From Psammoneis japonica (lineage: Eukaryota): DNA of 41,916 nucleotides. The position numbers and the translations under genes were made by a program. Under the pieces are notes generated by a model. The model was not told where the DNA came from. It ran no database searches and saw nothing but the letters and a program-made list of their open reading frames with translations. The stretch lies in the NCBI GenBank assembly GCA_008632985.1, contig QPGO01000226.1, positions 62,001-103,916 of the forward strand, given 5' to 3'. This document shows, one piece after another, positions 11,611 through 21,586 of the stretch (positions within the stretch are counted from its first letter, which is position 1; each line of letters starts with the position of its first letter).

Positions 11611-11958
11611 CTTGAGGTGTGTTTGAGAACTGAGTGAGTGGTTTTTCGGTGCACCTCCGCCTCGAGCGCGAGAAAGCAATGGAGGGAAGAAACGGACAAA
11701 ACCATCGAAGGGTTGGGCGCACCTTACAATTAAAGCTCGTGATAGACTCCCGCACAGGAGTTCTTTAGCGACCAATATTGCAGGCAATTGAATGGGCGAC
11801 TCACTTGACTTCAACTCATCCTCCGTTTTCCATCATCAAGCTACATTAGAAAATCAAACATAGGTTGATAGAGTATTCATAGCTATTTATCAATTTTGTC
11901 CGATGTACGATGGTGGCTAGTCTATAATCAGGGAATGAGACTCGAAACGACTTAACAT

Positions 11959-14900
11959 CTACGTCGTTGTCATGGCTTGCTCTTCTTCTTCGTCTTCGAC
12001 ACTGGCAGCCTCAAAGAGCGCCGGGAAGGATGCGGCTAAACGAGCTACTTGGGCAGGACCCCGAATCATACGCGTCGCCCCAGCACCGTGGATCTTTGAT
12101 GCCATCATCAGATAGGTCTTTTCAACCTTTTCAATTGGATTAATGTTGTCTTGAATGACCGTGCCCGTGATGTCTTGCTCAAATGTGTGAGTGATGGCTA
12201 CAATCACATGCAGCTCGGCGCAGGCAAAAGGTAGGGATCCACTGCGGCTAAGTGCATCGAGTAGATCGAATGCCTTGTTCTTCTCAGACTTGACTTGGTC
12301 AGGGTTCAAACTTGCCTTGACAGCGGTGGTGAGAAGGTTCTCCTGGCGTGTGCGATCCCATCGGCTGCCAGACTTAACAATGGTGGAGCGAATTGCGCTG
12401 TCACTGTCGTGCTTTTCAAAAGGGTGTCAAGCTCCTTGGGGATCATGGTGAAATCGATACCTTGGTTAGTGCCGACTTGCCCAGTTTCTAGGACAAAGAA
12501 ATCGTCACCATGCACCACTGGTTGTTGCTGGCCTGGTGCAGAGTCCGTCGTGGGAGTTTGCGCAGTTCCAAACGCCATTGACGGTGGCGGCAGCTTGTTT
12601 ACAGCCATTACGGAGCTTACAGCCAACGCCATCTCTCTATGAGCCGGAGCCGGAGGAGGCCACGCCCAATTGAAGGGATGACGGGACGAGTGGCACTGCC
12701 AGGAGGTGCAGGAATTGATGCGCGTCGATGTGATAATGCACGAGGGGGCGGTGCAGCCTTCTTTGGAGCTGCGCTGTAAAGGTTGAACCCCCGTTGAGAT
12801 GATCCGAGACCACCGAGAGATACGTGGCTTGCCTTTGACAGTACACTACAAGCCGCTTCGTCGACACTGAAATCCACGCTGACGTCCTCCTGAGCCTGCG
12901 CAGTGACTCTCTCGCGATATCGCTGTTCATTCATATCGGCTTTACGCTTCGCCTCCTCAGATGTTCATTCTTGGCTTTCTCAATAACATCCTGAACGGCG
13001 TTGACGTACTCCTTTACTGTTGCGACCTTGCTCGCAGAGGATGACTCGTCAGGTCCGTCATATGACAGTAGATCAGAAGGGATCTGATAGTCAATAAAGA
13101 GCGAAAGCAAATCCTGTGTCAACTGTATCTCCTTTGTGAGTGCATCCTCAGGAAGACGAAGCAAGGTCTCGAGTTGGGGCTTTAACTGCATAACGCATAC
13201 GCCAAAGACAGATGATTCCAGCTGCATTCCACGAAACGATCGCGCAAAACGTTGCTGCTCTGGCGACAACGATGCGATCGCGTCCTTGAACTCCTTTGCC
13301 GTGGGTAGTTCGTTCAGCAACAAAGGAATAAGGACTTCGTCCTTGTTCTGAACAATGATTGCATCTTTTGGATTGAACTTATCAGGCCCTTCGATTGTCC
13401 CAACCATTAGAAGAAAGCTCGAAAACTGGCGGGCCCGAGCCGCCAGAGTCGTCTCCCATTCCATGGCAGGAGACGAATCTGCAAAGCGATGCTGGATCCA
13501 GCCGTGAAGATAACGTGCTCCTGTGAATTGCACAGAAGTTGCAGCATTGATCGGAAAGAACATGGGAGGTGCCGTTTCTCCTGGAATCGAATGAACGACA
13601 GTATGAATGGGCTCAATCTTTCCATCGCTACCGTGACTCTTCTTCTCAATGCTAATGACACCGTCAGGATAGTGGTCGGGGCGACGAATACTGTAGCAGA
13701 AAGGCTTGGGCTTGTAGGCGTCATAGAACAACTTGGCAGTGTGAAACTGCATGAAGTCATCAAAGTCTTTTGGTTGGACTTCCTTGCCAATGGCAGCAAT
13801 GAGCTGTTTGCAAAGCATTTCTTCAATGTAGCCAACACTGCTACCGTATTGATGACACAACGAACTTGCGTAAATCAATAGCGTATACAGGTTCGCCTCA
13901 TGACTTGTAATGAGCTTTTCTGTATCATTAGATGGAAACAATATGCTGCTTGCGTTTCTGGCTTCGTCAAGGGAGCGAATCTGCGCATTGAGGAACTTGT
14001 CAATGTCGCCGAGTGATAACAACGGAGAGATGCTTTGGTCTGGAACTGACGGTTTGACGGCAACCACGGACTTGGGCTGCTCCTCTCGCGTAGCTGTGCC
14101 AGCGCTCTCTCGGGGCTTTTCCATCAGTGGTAGCATGGGGCAAAAGATTTTGCTCGTGTCAATCGAGCAAAGACTCGCAGAGGTCGTGGTAGGGTCGCCG
14201 CCTCCAGCAGGGTCGTGCTTGCTCAGAATGATTCGTTCAAGACGTCGGTAAAGGTGCTCAGAGGTTTGTTTGACCAACTTTGGAAGCGATCATAAAAGTC
14301 CATCGCTTCTTTGACATCTTCATTACGATACGGAGTGCGGCAGGTATCCTTGGATCGGTCAATCTTGAAGCAACACGAACGTTTCTTGTCGGAGCTGATT
14401 TGCTGTAGAAGCCAAGTGAGATTAACATCACCGGGTCATGATAGGTATGCTCAGGAATAGGTGACTTTTTATCGCCCGAAGTCACAATCACGGTAGACCC
14501 AATTCCTGAATCCAGCACGACTGGATCCTTGTCGGTTGGTTCCCGGCAAAGCACGAGAGCTTCCACTTTTGCTCGACCTTCCAGTGATACTCTGTTACCT
14601 TTTTCGACACCTTGCTCTTTATGGTCTCCTTAAAATTCTTCGATGAGCCAAAGAAACCAGATGACTGCGTGGTAGACTCAAGACTGACTTCATCATCTCG
14701 AGTCTTGACAGACACGACTTTTTCCTTGAGAAACAAACAAGAATCTTCAGCTGCAAACCGCAGTGTGACGCTTCTCTTGTCTTGATGGACGTTCTCACAG
14801 AGTTTTTCAAGTTTCGCTTCATTTAAGCCCATGCGTTCCAAGTCATTCATGAGAGCCGCAACCCCCGTGTTGGTGAGCTGCTCGACGAGGGCAAACTTGT

Positions 14901-15030
14901 CCTCGTAAGCATGTTCTTGATCTTCTGCATACGTTGGGGTTCGCGTCGTGTCGAGAATCTTCTGGACTTTTTCAAGCGCCTTGTCGACCGAGCGTCGAAA
15001 CGAACGTTCATGAAACGACGTATACTTCAT
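11959..15030 (-). CDS. Conserved uncharacterised ~1000-aa protein (frameshifted into five or six ORFs)
   Basis: Protein-like consecutive ORFs 14488-15030, 14258-14566, 12931-14277, 12617-12934, 12306-12632 and 11959-12309; well-formed core ARARQFSSF...QNKDE...LSPEQQRFA...QIPSDLLSYDG and C-terminal KAFDLLDALSRSGSLP...NINPIEKVE. Confidence 0.7.
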
Positions 15031-15218
15031 TTTGAGTTGTACGAATGAAAATTATGACAGCAGAAACAACAAGAGAGAAGAGAGACACGAATCAATGGGC
15101 GCGAATTTTGAGACCCGCCGCGCCGCCATGGCTGATGGCTATGAGTCACGACTCACTGTGAGTCGTGGTTTTCTCTTCATCCATGTTAGGCGCCTGTGCA
15201 TCATCGAACGCCTCAGAA

Positions 15219-15241
15219 CGTGCGTGCGTGCGTGCGTGCGT
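15219..15241. repeat. (CGTG)n microsatellite in a divergent intergenic region
   Basis: cgtgcgtgcgtgcgtgcgtgcgt lies between the divergently transcribed 15030(-) and 15435(+) genes. Confidence 0.8.
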
Positions 15242-15434
15242 CCCTGCAGCACTGAGCACCCTGCACGCACAGGGCACAGGCGCAATGAGCAATGAGGCCT
15301 TGAATGAGGCAACCTGAAACCAAGCGACGGCATAAAGAGTGCTTCGAAAGCTCGCTAAAAAGTCATCTGTAAGGAGAATCTGATAAGTAAACTTCGTCGG
15401 CAATTTGGCATCGACTACTTCTTCGGCAGAGGTA

Positions 15435-16952
15435 ATGTTGTATGCGGGTGATTCAGGCTGTACTTGCGGACAGCATCTCGTGGGGCATCGCAATAGCTAC
15501 TCTGGCTCCATAATTTTAATTTTGATGCTTGCATATCGTCAGGTATCGAGTGTTGGGGCGTGGTCTCAGAGGCCATACCACTTAAGGAAGGCGTTTCAGA
15601 ACACTTGGATTGTCACCACGCAGACTTCTCTGCATGCGCCACGGACTAACCTTTACGAAAGCAGGGCTTCATACAGCAGCACTAGCGAGCCCTCGCATCT
15701 ACCAGTTTCGACGAATGATCTATCTGACCTCATTAAGAAAGCTTATAAGACCGGTGAGACTGATGCCATTCTGGATTTGTCGCGGAACTTGCCACTTGAA
15801 CTTTCGCCAAAGGACCTAGTCGACGCATCGCTCGATGCAGCGGAAAACAACAAGGGAAAACTGTCTGGAATTTTAAATGCTTTCATAGGGTCTGGTTGTC
15901 TGGCTGATGACGTTGTGTCCGGAGCTCGTCTGGCTTGGGATCTTCTTCTTGAGTTTGACGATCTGGCCGAATCCGTTAATGTGTATCCTGATGTCGTGAC
16001 GTTGTCGCTGGCGTACTCAGCTTTATGCCGTGCATCGGATGGTTCACTAAGCCACAAAGCCGACTTGGTCTTGGAGCGTGCTAGGAAACTGAGCAAGAAG
16101 AAAGGAGGATCAAAACGCCGTCGTGCAATGGCTGCGTCTCGGCGCAAGGGCCAGGCAGTATATGCCAAGGATGTGGAAAAACAACTTCGAGACTTGTGCG
16201 GTCCTGATTTCCGTGTTTTGTATGAATCTGCGAGTGCAGTTGTTGTATCGAAACCGCCTGGTATGGTATGCTTCCATAAGCACAAAACGTCGGCGGGAAA
16301 AATACGATCATCTAGTTCAAAGAAAGGGCGAAAACAATCCAGGACGCGCGTCGACGTATCTTTGGAAGATGCGCTGGTTCATTTCAATGTCCCACTGTCC
16401 ACACTCAATCATGAAGGAAGAGGCATTGTTCACAGAATTGATCGTGGGACATCTGGTTGTATTGCACTTGCAAAAACTGATGATATGCATGCAAAGCTTG
16501 TTGCTGATTTCTTTCTTCGTAAAGCAAAAAAGAGCTACTTGGCTGTGGTAGCTGCGAGTGCAAAGGAAATCCCTTCTCATGGGGTGATTGACATTCCAGT
16601 ACACGGGAGGTCAGCGCAGTCTACCTTTTCTGTAGTTGAGGAATACGGTGATTCTGCCCTGTGTCTTCGAATCGAAACTCATACAGGAAGGAAACATCAA
16701 GTGCGAGTTCACTGTGCCGAAGGATTGGGATTCCCCATTCTCTTCGATAGCGACTATTCAAATACAAGCGACGACGGCGACTCGTTGGCTCGTGCTGCCA
16801 CTCTGCCCACTGATGGTGAGCAGCAGCAATTCTTGCTGCATGCATCACGATTGTGCATCCCTGGATATGACATTGACGTTGAAGCGCCCCTACCAAATTG
16901 GTGGAATCAAGCAATCTCATCGTGTCTCACCGAAGATCTTGGCTCAAAATGA
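15435..16952 (+). CDS. RluA-family RNA pseudouridine synthase, probably organelle-targeted
   Basis: Uninterrupted ORF with VVVSKPPGM, catalytic HRIDRGTSG, KKSYLAVV, TGRKHQVRVH and LLHASRL; hydrophobic leader ending VGAW may be a diatom bipartite plastid-targeting signal; exact start uncertain. Confidence 0.9.
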   Translation: MLYAGDSGCTCGQHLVGHRNSYSGSIILILMLAYRQVSSVGAWSQRPYHLRKAFQNTWIVTTQTSLHAPRTNLYESRASYSSTSEPSHLPVSTNDLSDLIKKAYKTGETDAILDLSRNLPLELSPKDLVDASLDAAENNKGKLSGILNAFIGSGCLADDVVSGARLAWDLLLEFDDLAESVNVYPDVVTLSLAYSALCRASDGSLSHKADLVLERARKLSKKKGGSKRRRAMAASRRKGQAVYAKDVEKQLRDLCGPDFRVLYESASAVVVSKPPGMVCFHKHKTSAGKIRSSSSKKGRKQSRTRVDVSLEDALVHFNVPLSTLNHEGRGIVHRIDRGTSGCIALAKTDDMHAKLVADFFLRKAKKSYLAVVAASAKEIPSHGVIDIPVHGRSAQSTFSVVEEYGDSALCLRIETHTGRKHQVRVHCAEGLGFPILFDSDYSNTSDDGDSLARAATLPTDGEQQQFLLHASRLCIPGYDIDVEAPLPNWWNQAISSCLTEDLGSK

Positions 16953-18608
16953 AAATCACACTGGGCAACGCTCCGTACGCATTATGCAGCAGATAAAAAG
17001 AAGAGCTCATCTGTCAAGAGAGCCGCCAGATAGGAATGAGAAGCTTCGTGGAGTCTTGAAAGCGGATGTTCAGGTATTGAGTATGTCGTGCGTGGTACTG
17101 CAATCCATTTTAGTGCATGCCGGTACAGTATGTAGCACCCAACAAGAATGACATCAACAAATCTCCTACGCTTGATCCCCGAGAACAAAACTCTTATCAT
17201 CACTGACGTATCGGCGTGCTCGACTGCTCGAACCGTAAAGGCATCCAACTCGAAGAAGAAGAGGAGGAGGAAGAAGCTGGTGAGTGTTTTGCAGCTGGGT
17301 TAAAAATCAAATTTTGACCGTCGTAGAATCGGTGTCAGTTGCAAAAAACAAAACTCACTTTTTTTCAATTTCCCTGCATGATGGAGGTTCCAAATAGTAT
17401 CATTCCATGACCCCTTCCCTGTAAGCAGTAAATGCACCGGGAGACCAACATCGGGTTGTCCGTTCACATGTGGTATTGTGTGGTCATGTTCTCACACGTG
17501 TTTGCTTAGCGTTGTCTCTTCATGTAGATCCGCTAAGACGTCTCTTGGATGGTCTCACCGAAGATCAAAAGCAAACCATACTTCATCTGCTGGTGACTCC
17601 CGGTGATTTACCTAATGCGAGGGCACTCTGCGGAGTTCAACTCCAGGTGTGGATTGGCGACAGAGGTGCGGGGGCGTTTGTGAAAGCTTTCCGATCAAGT
17701 TCTATTGAACTACCACCGTGAAGTTGATGAAACGGTTTCAGATTTGTTCAGTGAGAGCCACGATGGTCGCCTTCGGAGTGAACGTCCAGATGCTGGACAC
17801 CCTCGCCTGTCTAATGGAGCATCTGCCGCTCTGTCTCAGGGCGATGAGGTCAACGGGATGCGTCCTAGCAATAATGTCTCTGCGACAGGTGCTGCCGCTC
17901 GAAGTGTAGCGACAGAAGCTACCGCCGGGAGTGTAGATTCCTATCCTAGTGATGAGACGCCTGGCAATGGAGTGCCAAGGCGTTCATAGATGATCCTTAG
18001 CAATGTGATGAGCTGTTCCGTTGATTTATCACGTTCCCGTATTTCGTGACTACACTCATACTCGAATATTATTCCTCACTAATAGCACAACACTATATGA
18101 TTCATGGTTTATTGTTCTTCGTCAACAATACAGTACCGTCGTCCGTGCGAGTAACGCCTGAGTACCGGCAGGTTCGCTCTCTTGTTAGGCATTTCTGAAT
18201 TCGCAAGTTAGAGTGGACAGTAATGAAAAGTAAAAGCTGTATGGTGCTCGAGAGACCAAAATGTGAAATATGTTCAAGCCCTTTGTTACATCACTCTACT
18301 CATGATACGCCGGATTCTATCCACCACAACCAGCCATGTTGTGCTCTTAGTCCCTTTGCCATGTTGGCAGCTGTGACTTGGTGAGCCGCAAACACCACCG
18401 ACTTCTCCTTTAGTTCAACTATTTCAAGTGACTGACGGGGTGACGGACAACTCGTTCGACTTTTCTTTCTATACATCATACGTACCGACGCCCACCAAAC
18501 TCGAAATTGAAGTGCATGTTGATTAGGGCAAAACTTGGACCTATTAGAACTTACGTGCAGCCACACCAGCACATGAAGGCATATTCCATACCTTTTATGT
18601 GATACCTT

Positions 18609-21586
18609 CTACGCTACAGTAGAGACGCACCCCAGAAGTCTTCGCAGCTTCTGAATGGTTCGCAGCTGATCATTCATAACCGGTGTCGCATAACGCGGTC
18701 GCCTGTTTTTGACCTGCAACAACCAAAATTTCTCGAAGATATCTAAAACTTGCAGCGTTCGCTGCCTCACACTGTTGGGCACCATGTCAATTGCGAATCC
18801 GTCAACGTCAAACACATTGTTCAAATAACTGACGCTCTCAACAATGGCGTCACTGTTGTAGCCCTTAAAATCTTCCAAATACTTCTCGTCTTGTTGCGAT
18901 AGAAGAGCTCTTCTCTTCTCTTCAGCTTCCGGCGGTAGAAGGGAATATCCCCTTCGAATCCTGACATCCTCATAATGTTTTCCGTAACGAACGAAAACTT
19001 CCCTTTCCGTTGTTCCATCAGCAGGGATCTCGAGCTTTTCGTTGGCTTCACCCGCCAGCAGGTAATGGAGGCTGCCTTCTGGGTCGTGTCTAGCATGTAT
19101 CCACGCCTTTTGGCCTCTACATGGTTCGTTCACATACACCGGAATGTGTTTGCGAGCAATGTCATGTGCTTCACCAGTGAAGTCGTCACTGACGTCGAAA
19201 TGGTGTCTTCGGTTGGAGCTTCGAAACAGTATTCTTCGCACGCATGGAATGCAAGTAATTCTTCAAGTAAAATACATTTGTTGTCAATTCGTCCTTGTCT
19301 CGAAAGGGTGCGTACACTCCCAAGTCTAGATGCTCCCCCTCGCGGAGGACGAAGTGAGGTGCTGCTCTGTTTCTGGCGGTGCTTGGATCGAGGCGTGTCA
19401 CCTTGAGGAAGACGCCATTTCCAGCATTCGGTATGGACGATTGTTTCGTTGTTAGAGTCAGTGAACACCCTCTAAAAATAACAGTGAGCTTCGGCAGTGC
19501 GACGCCACTCCTTGTTTCCACCACTTCCTCCTTGCGCATTTCCGGCGTCAACCATGTCCAACATTGGATGGATTGATCATTGACCGAGAAACGATTCGCT
19601 TTGTGTGGTGTGGAACAAACTTGCGTTCGTACAGAGGCATCCACCGCATGCCACATCCTTCGTAACTTTTTTCCTAGAGGCACGACCAAGCGATCGAATT
19701 TAGCCGTGGAGTTTACCAAGGCCCGAGAATCCTGCTGGTACGTGATGACATACTTGTGAGCCTCCTCGTCATCTTCTTCATCACCGCCATCGAATTCCCG
19801 ATCAGTAATTGTGCCATACAGAACCTTTACTTTCCCTTCAACGTCGTGCCACGTCTGACAAACGCCTTTGCCAATAAGCTCGTCAGTTTCTTTTAGATTA
19901 CTGTTCGCACTCGTTGAATCAAAGTCCCCACGTGGCGACGAAACGCCTGAATTGGCACTTTTCATTCGAGCTCTCCTTGTCATTGGTGGTGATGGAGGCT
20001 CTCGCATATAGAGCGCTCTGTATTCTTGCACGCTATAGACGAGGTGGCCTTCTACATTTTCATCAATGGTGCCATCCTCTTCAAACTGAACCTAGAAGAC
20101 ATGGATGCAACAAAAGGCGGCACTTGTGATGAGATAGATGGTCCATCGTCTGATTATCCTATTTTGAAGAATGTTTCCACGCACCGTGTATAGGACATGG
20201 CCAAATGCCCTTGGTTTCTTCTCTATTATCGATCCCCAATAACGTTGGCCGTCTCTGCATGAGCTGTAGACTCGAGACCCAACGTCCTTCGATAAATCGG
20301 CAGAGTGACTTGCAACGGAAATATCTGATCGATGTTCCTCTCCATCTGATTTCAGGCGAGGCTTCTTGCTCCGCCTCTGCGAATCAGTTTCATCCGAAGA
20401 GTGACTTTCGTCCGACGAGTGACTTCATCCGACGAGTGACTTTCATCCGACGAGTGACTTTCATCCGAACTCTTTTCAAAGTCTGTTTCATCCACGGTTC
20501 TGCCCATCCATTTCCGAGCAGTCTGCCTAGTTTTGCACTTCCTCTTCTCGACCAGCTCGTTCTTGCTGCTCTGCAATGACGCTGTGGGACGAGCGCACGT
20601 AACCCGTTTCCGAGCAGTCTGTTTGGTTTTGTTGCACATCTTCTGGCCAGTTGCAGAAGCTGGAGATGGCATCTCGACCAGCTCGTTCTTGCTGCTCTGC
20701 AATGACGCTGTGGGACGAGCGCACGTAACCCGTTTCCGAGCAGTCTGTTTGGTTTTGTTGTGCATCTTCTGGCCAGTTGCAGAGGCTTGAGATGGCATCT
20801 CGACCAGCTCATTGTTGCTGCTCTGCAGTGACGCTGTGGAACGAGCGAAGCAAGTCAATTTCCGAGCAGTCTGTTTGGTTTTGTTCTTCATCTTTTTGAT
20901 TTTCGGGCCAGCTGCAGAAGCTGGAGGTGGCACCTCGACCACCACGTTGCTGCTGCTCGGCAGTGACGTTCCGACCTTATCACTCTCAACTTTGGAGGCA
21001 CGAGAGAATGCGCTGACTTGCTCGCCACGATTTGGGAGTGACGCCATCGTAGAGACACGAGTTTCGCTGCAATCCTCAGTCGACCCAATGCCATTTCCTG
21101 CTGGGCTTGCGCTTTTATGTTCACTTGCTGCGACTTCGGAAACGGTTCTTTCCTGCCGTTGGCCATCTTCAGTTCTTGTAATTTCTTCTTCTTCGTTCAA
21201 GCGCCGCTTTTCTCGCTCAAGATTCTGCTCCAGTTCCCTGGCGATGTAATAGAAAGTCTCGTTATTGCCTCTGCTGGCCTTGGCTGTTCTTGTGGCTTGC
21301 AAAGCTCGTCTGAGAACCTCCGGATCCACATCGCGATATTTTTTACTAACCCGCTTCAATATCCTGATGGCGTACTTCTTTGTTCGGCTGTTTTCAGCAG
21401 CTGTCGATCCACAGTGGACGTGAACACTGACAGTCTCTGTTCCGCAGCCGACTTGTCAAATGTGCAGTGGGGAACACTGTCGCCCAACGGTTTGTCGCAA
21501 ACGACACATTGTTTCTCCCTTATTGGCCACCTCTCCCATATTGGCCACCCGGTTGACTTTATTGCAGTTTGCTTGGTTTTTGCCAT
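18609..21586 (-). CDS. Chromatin-type protein: histone H3-tail mimic motifs + two Tudor-like domains + SET-like domain (intron 20092-20184; several 1-nt frameshifts)
   Basis: ATG 21586 gives MAKTKQTAIKSTG, then CxxC...HC; T[KR]QTARK at 20859-20879, 20733-20753, 20607-20627 and 20511-20531; Tudor VGSRVYSSCRDGQRYWGSIIEK...LYT|VQFEEDGTIDENV assembled across a GT-AG intron; second Tudor-like LIGKGVCQTW...LYGTITD...KYVITY; SET-like motifs SSIPNAGNGVF, YVNEP, EVFVRYGKHY; stop at 18609. Frameshifts near 21383, 20424 and 19250-19200. Confidence 0.75.
20390..20470. repeat. 18-bp coding tandem repeat (SSDESH) x ~4.5
   Basis: tcatccgacgagtgactt units; the unit at 20408-20424 is 17 nt, which causes the frameshift. 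Confidence 0.85.
20547..20970. repeat. 126-bp (42-aa) coding tandem repeat, each unit carrying a TKQTARK motif
   Basis: Units start at 20547, 20673, 20799 and (partial) 20934; peptide NKTKQTARKRVTCARPTASLQSSKNELVEMPSPASATGQKM. Confidence 0.9.

Noticed and set aside
16982..18572. Short ORFs 16982-17248, 17470-17989 and 18300-18572, with an intron-like GTAAG...TAG at about 17421-17528
   Set aside because: No recognisable domain or consistent gene model; may hide a small gene but unsupported.
21548..21586. Histone H3 gene or H3 variant
   Set aside because: Similarity stops after residue 12 and no histone fold follows.
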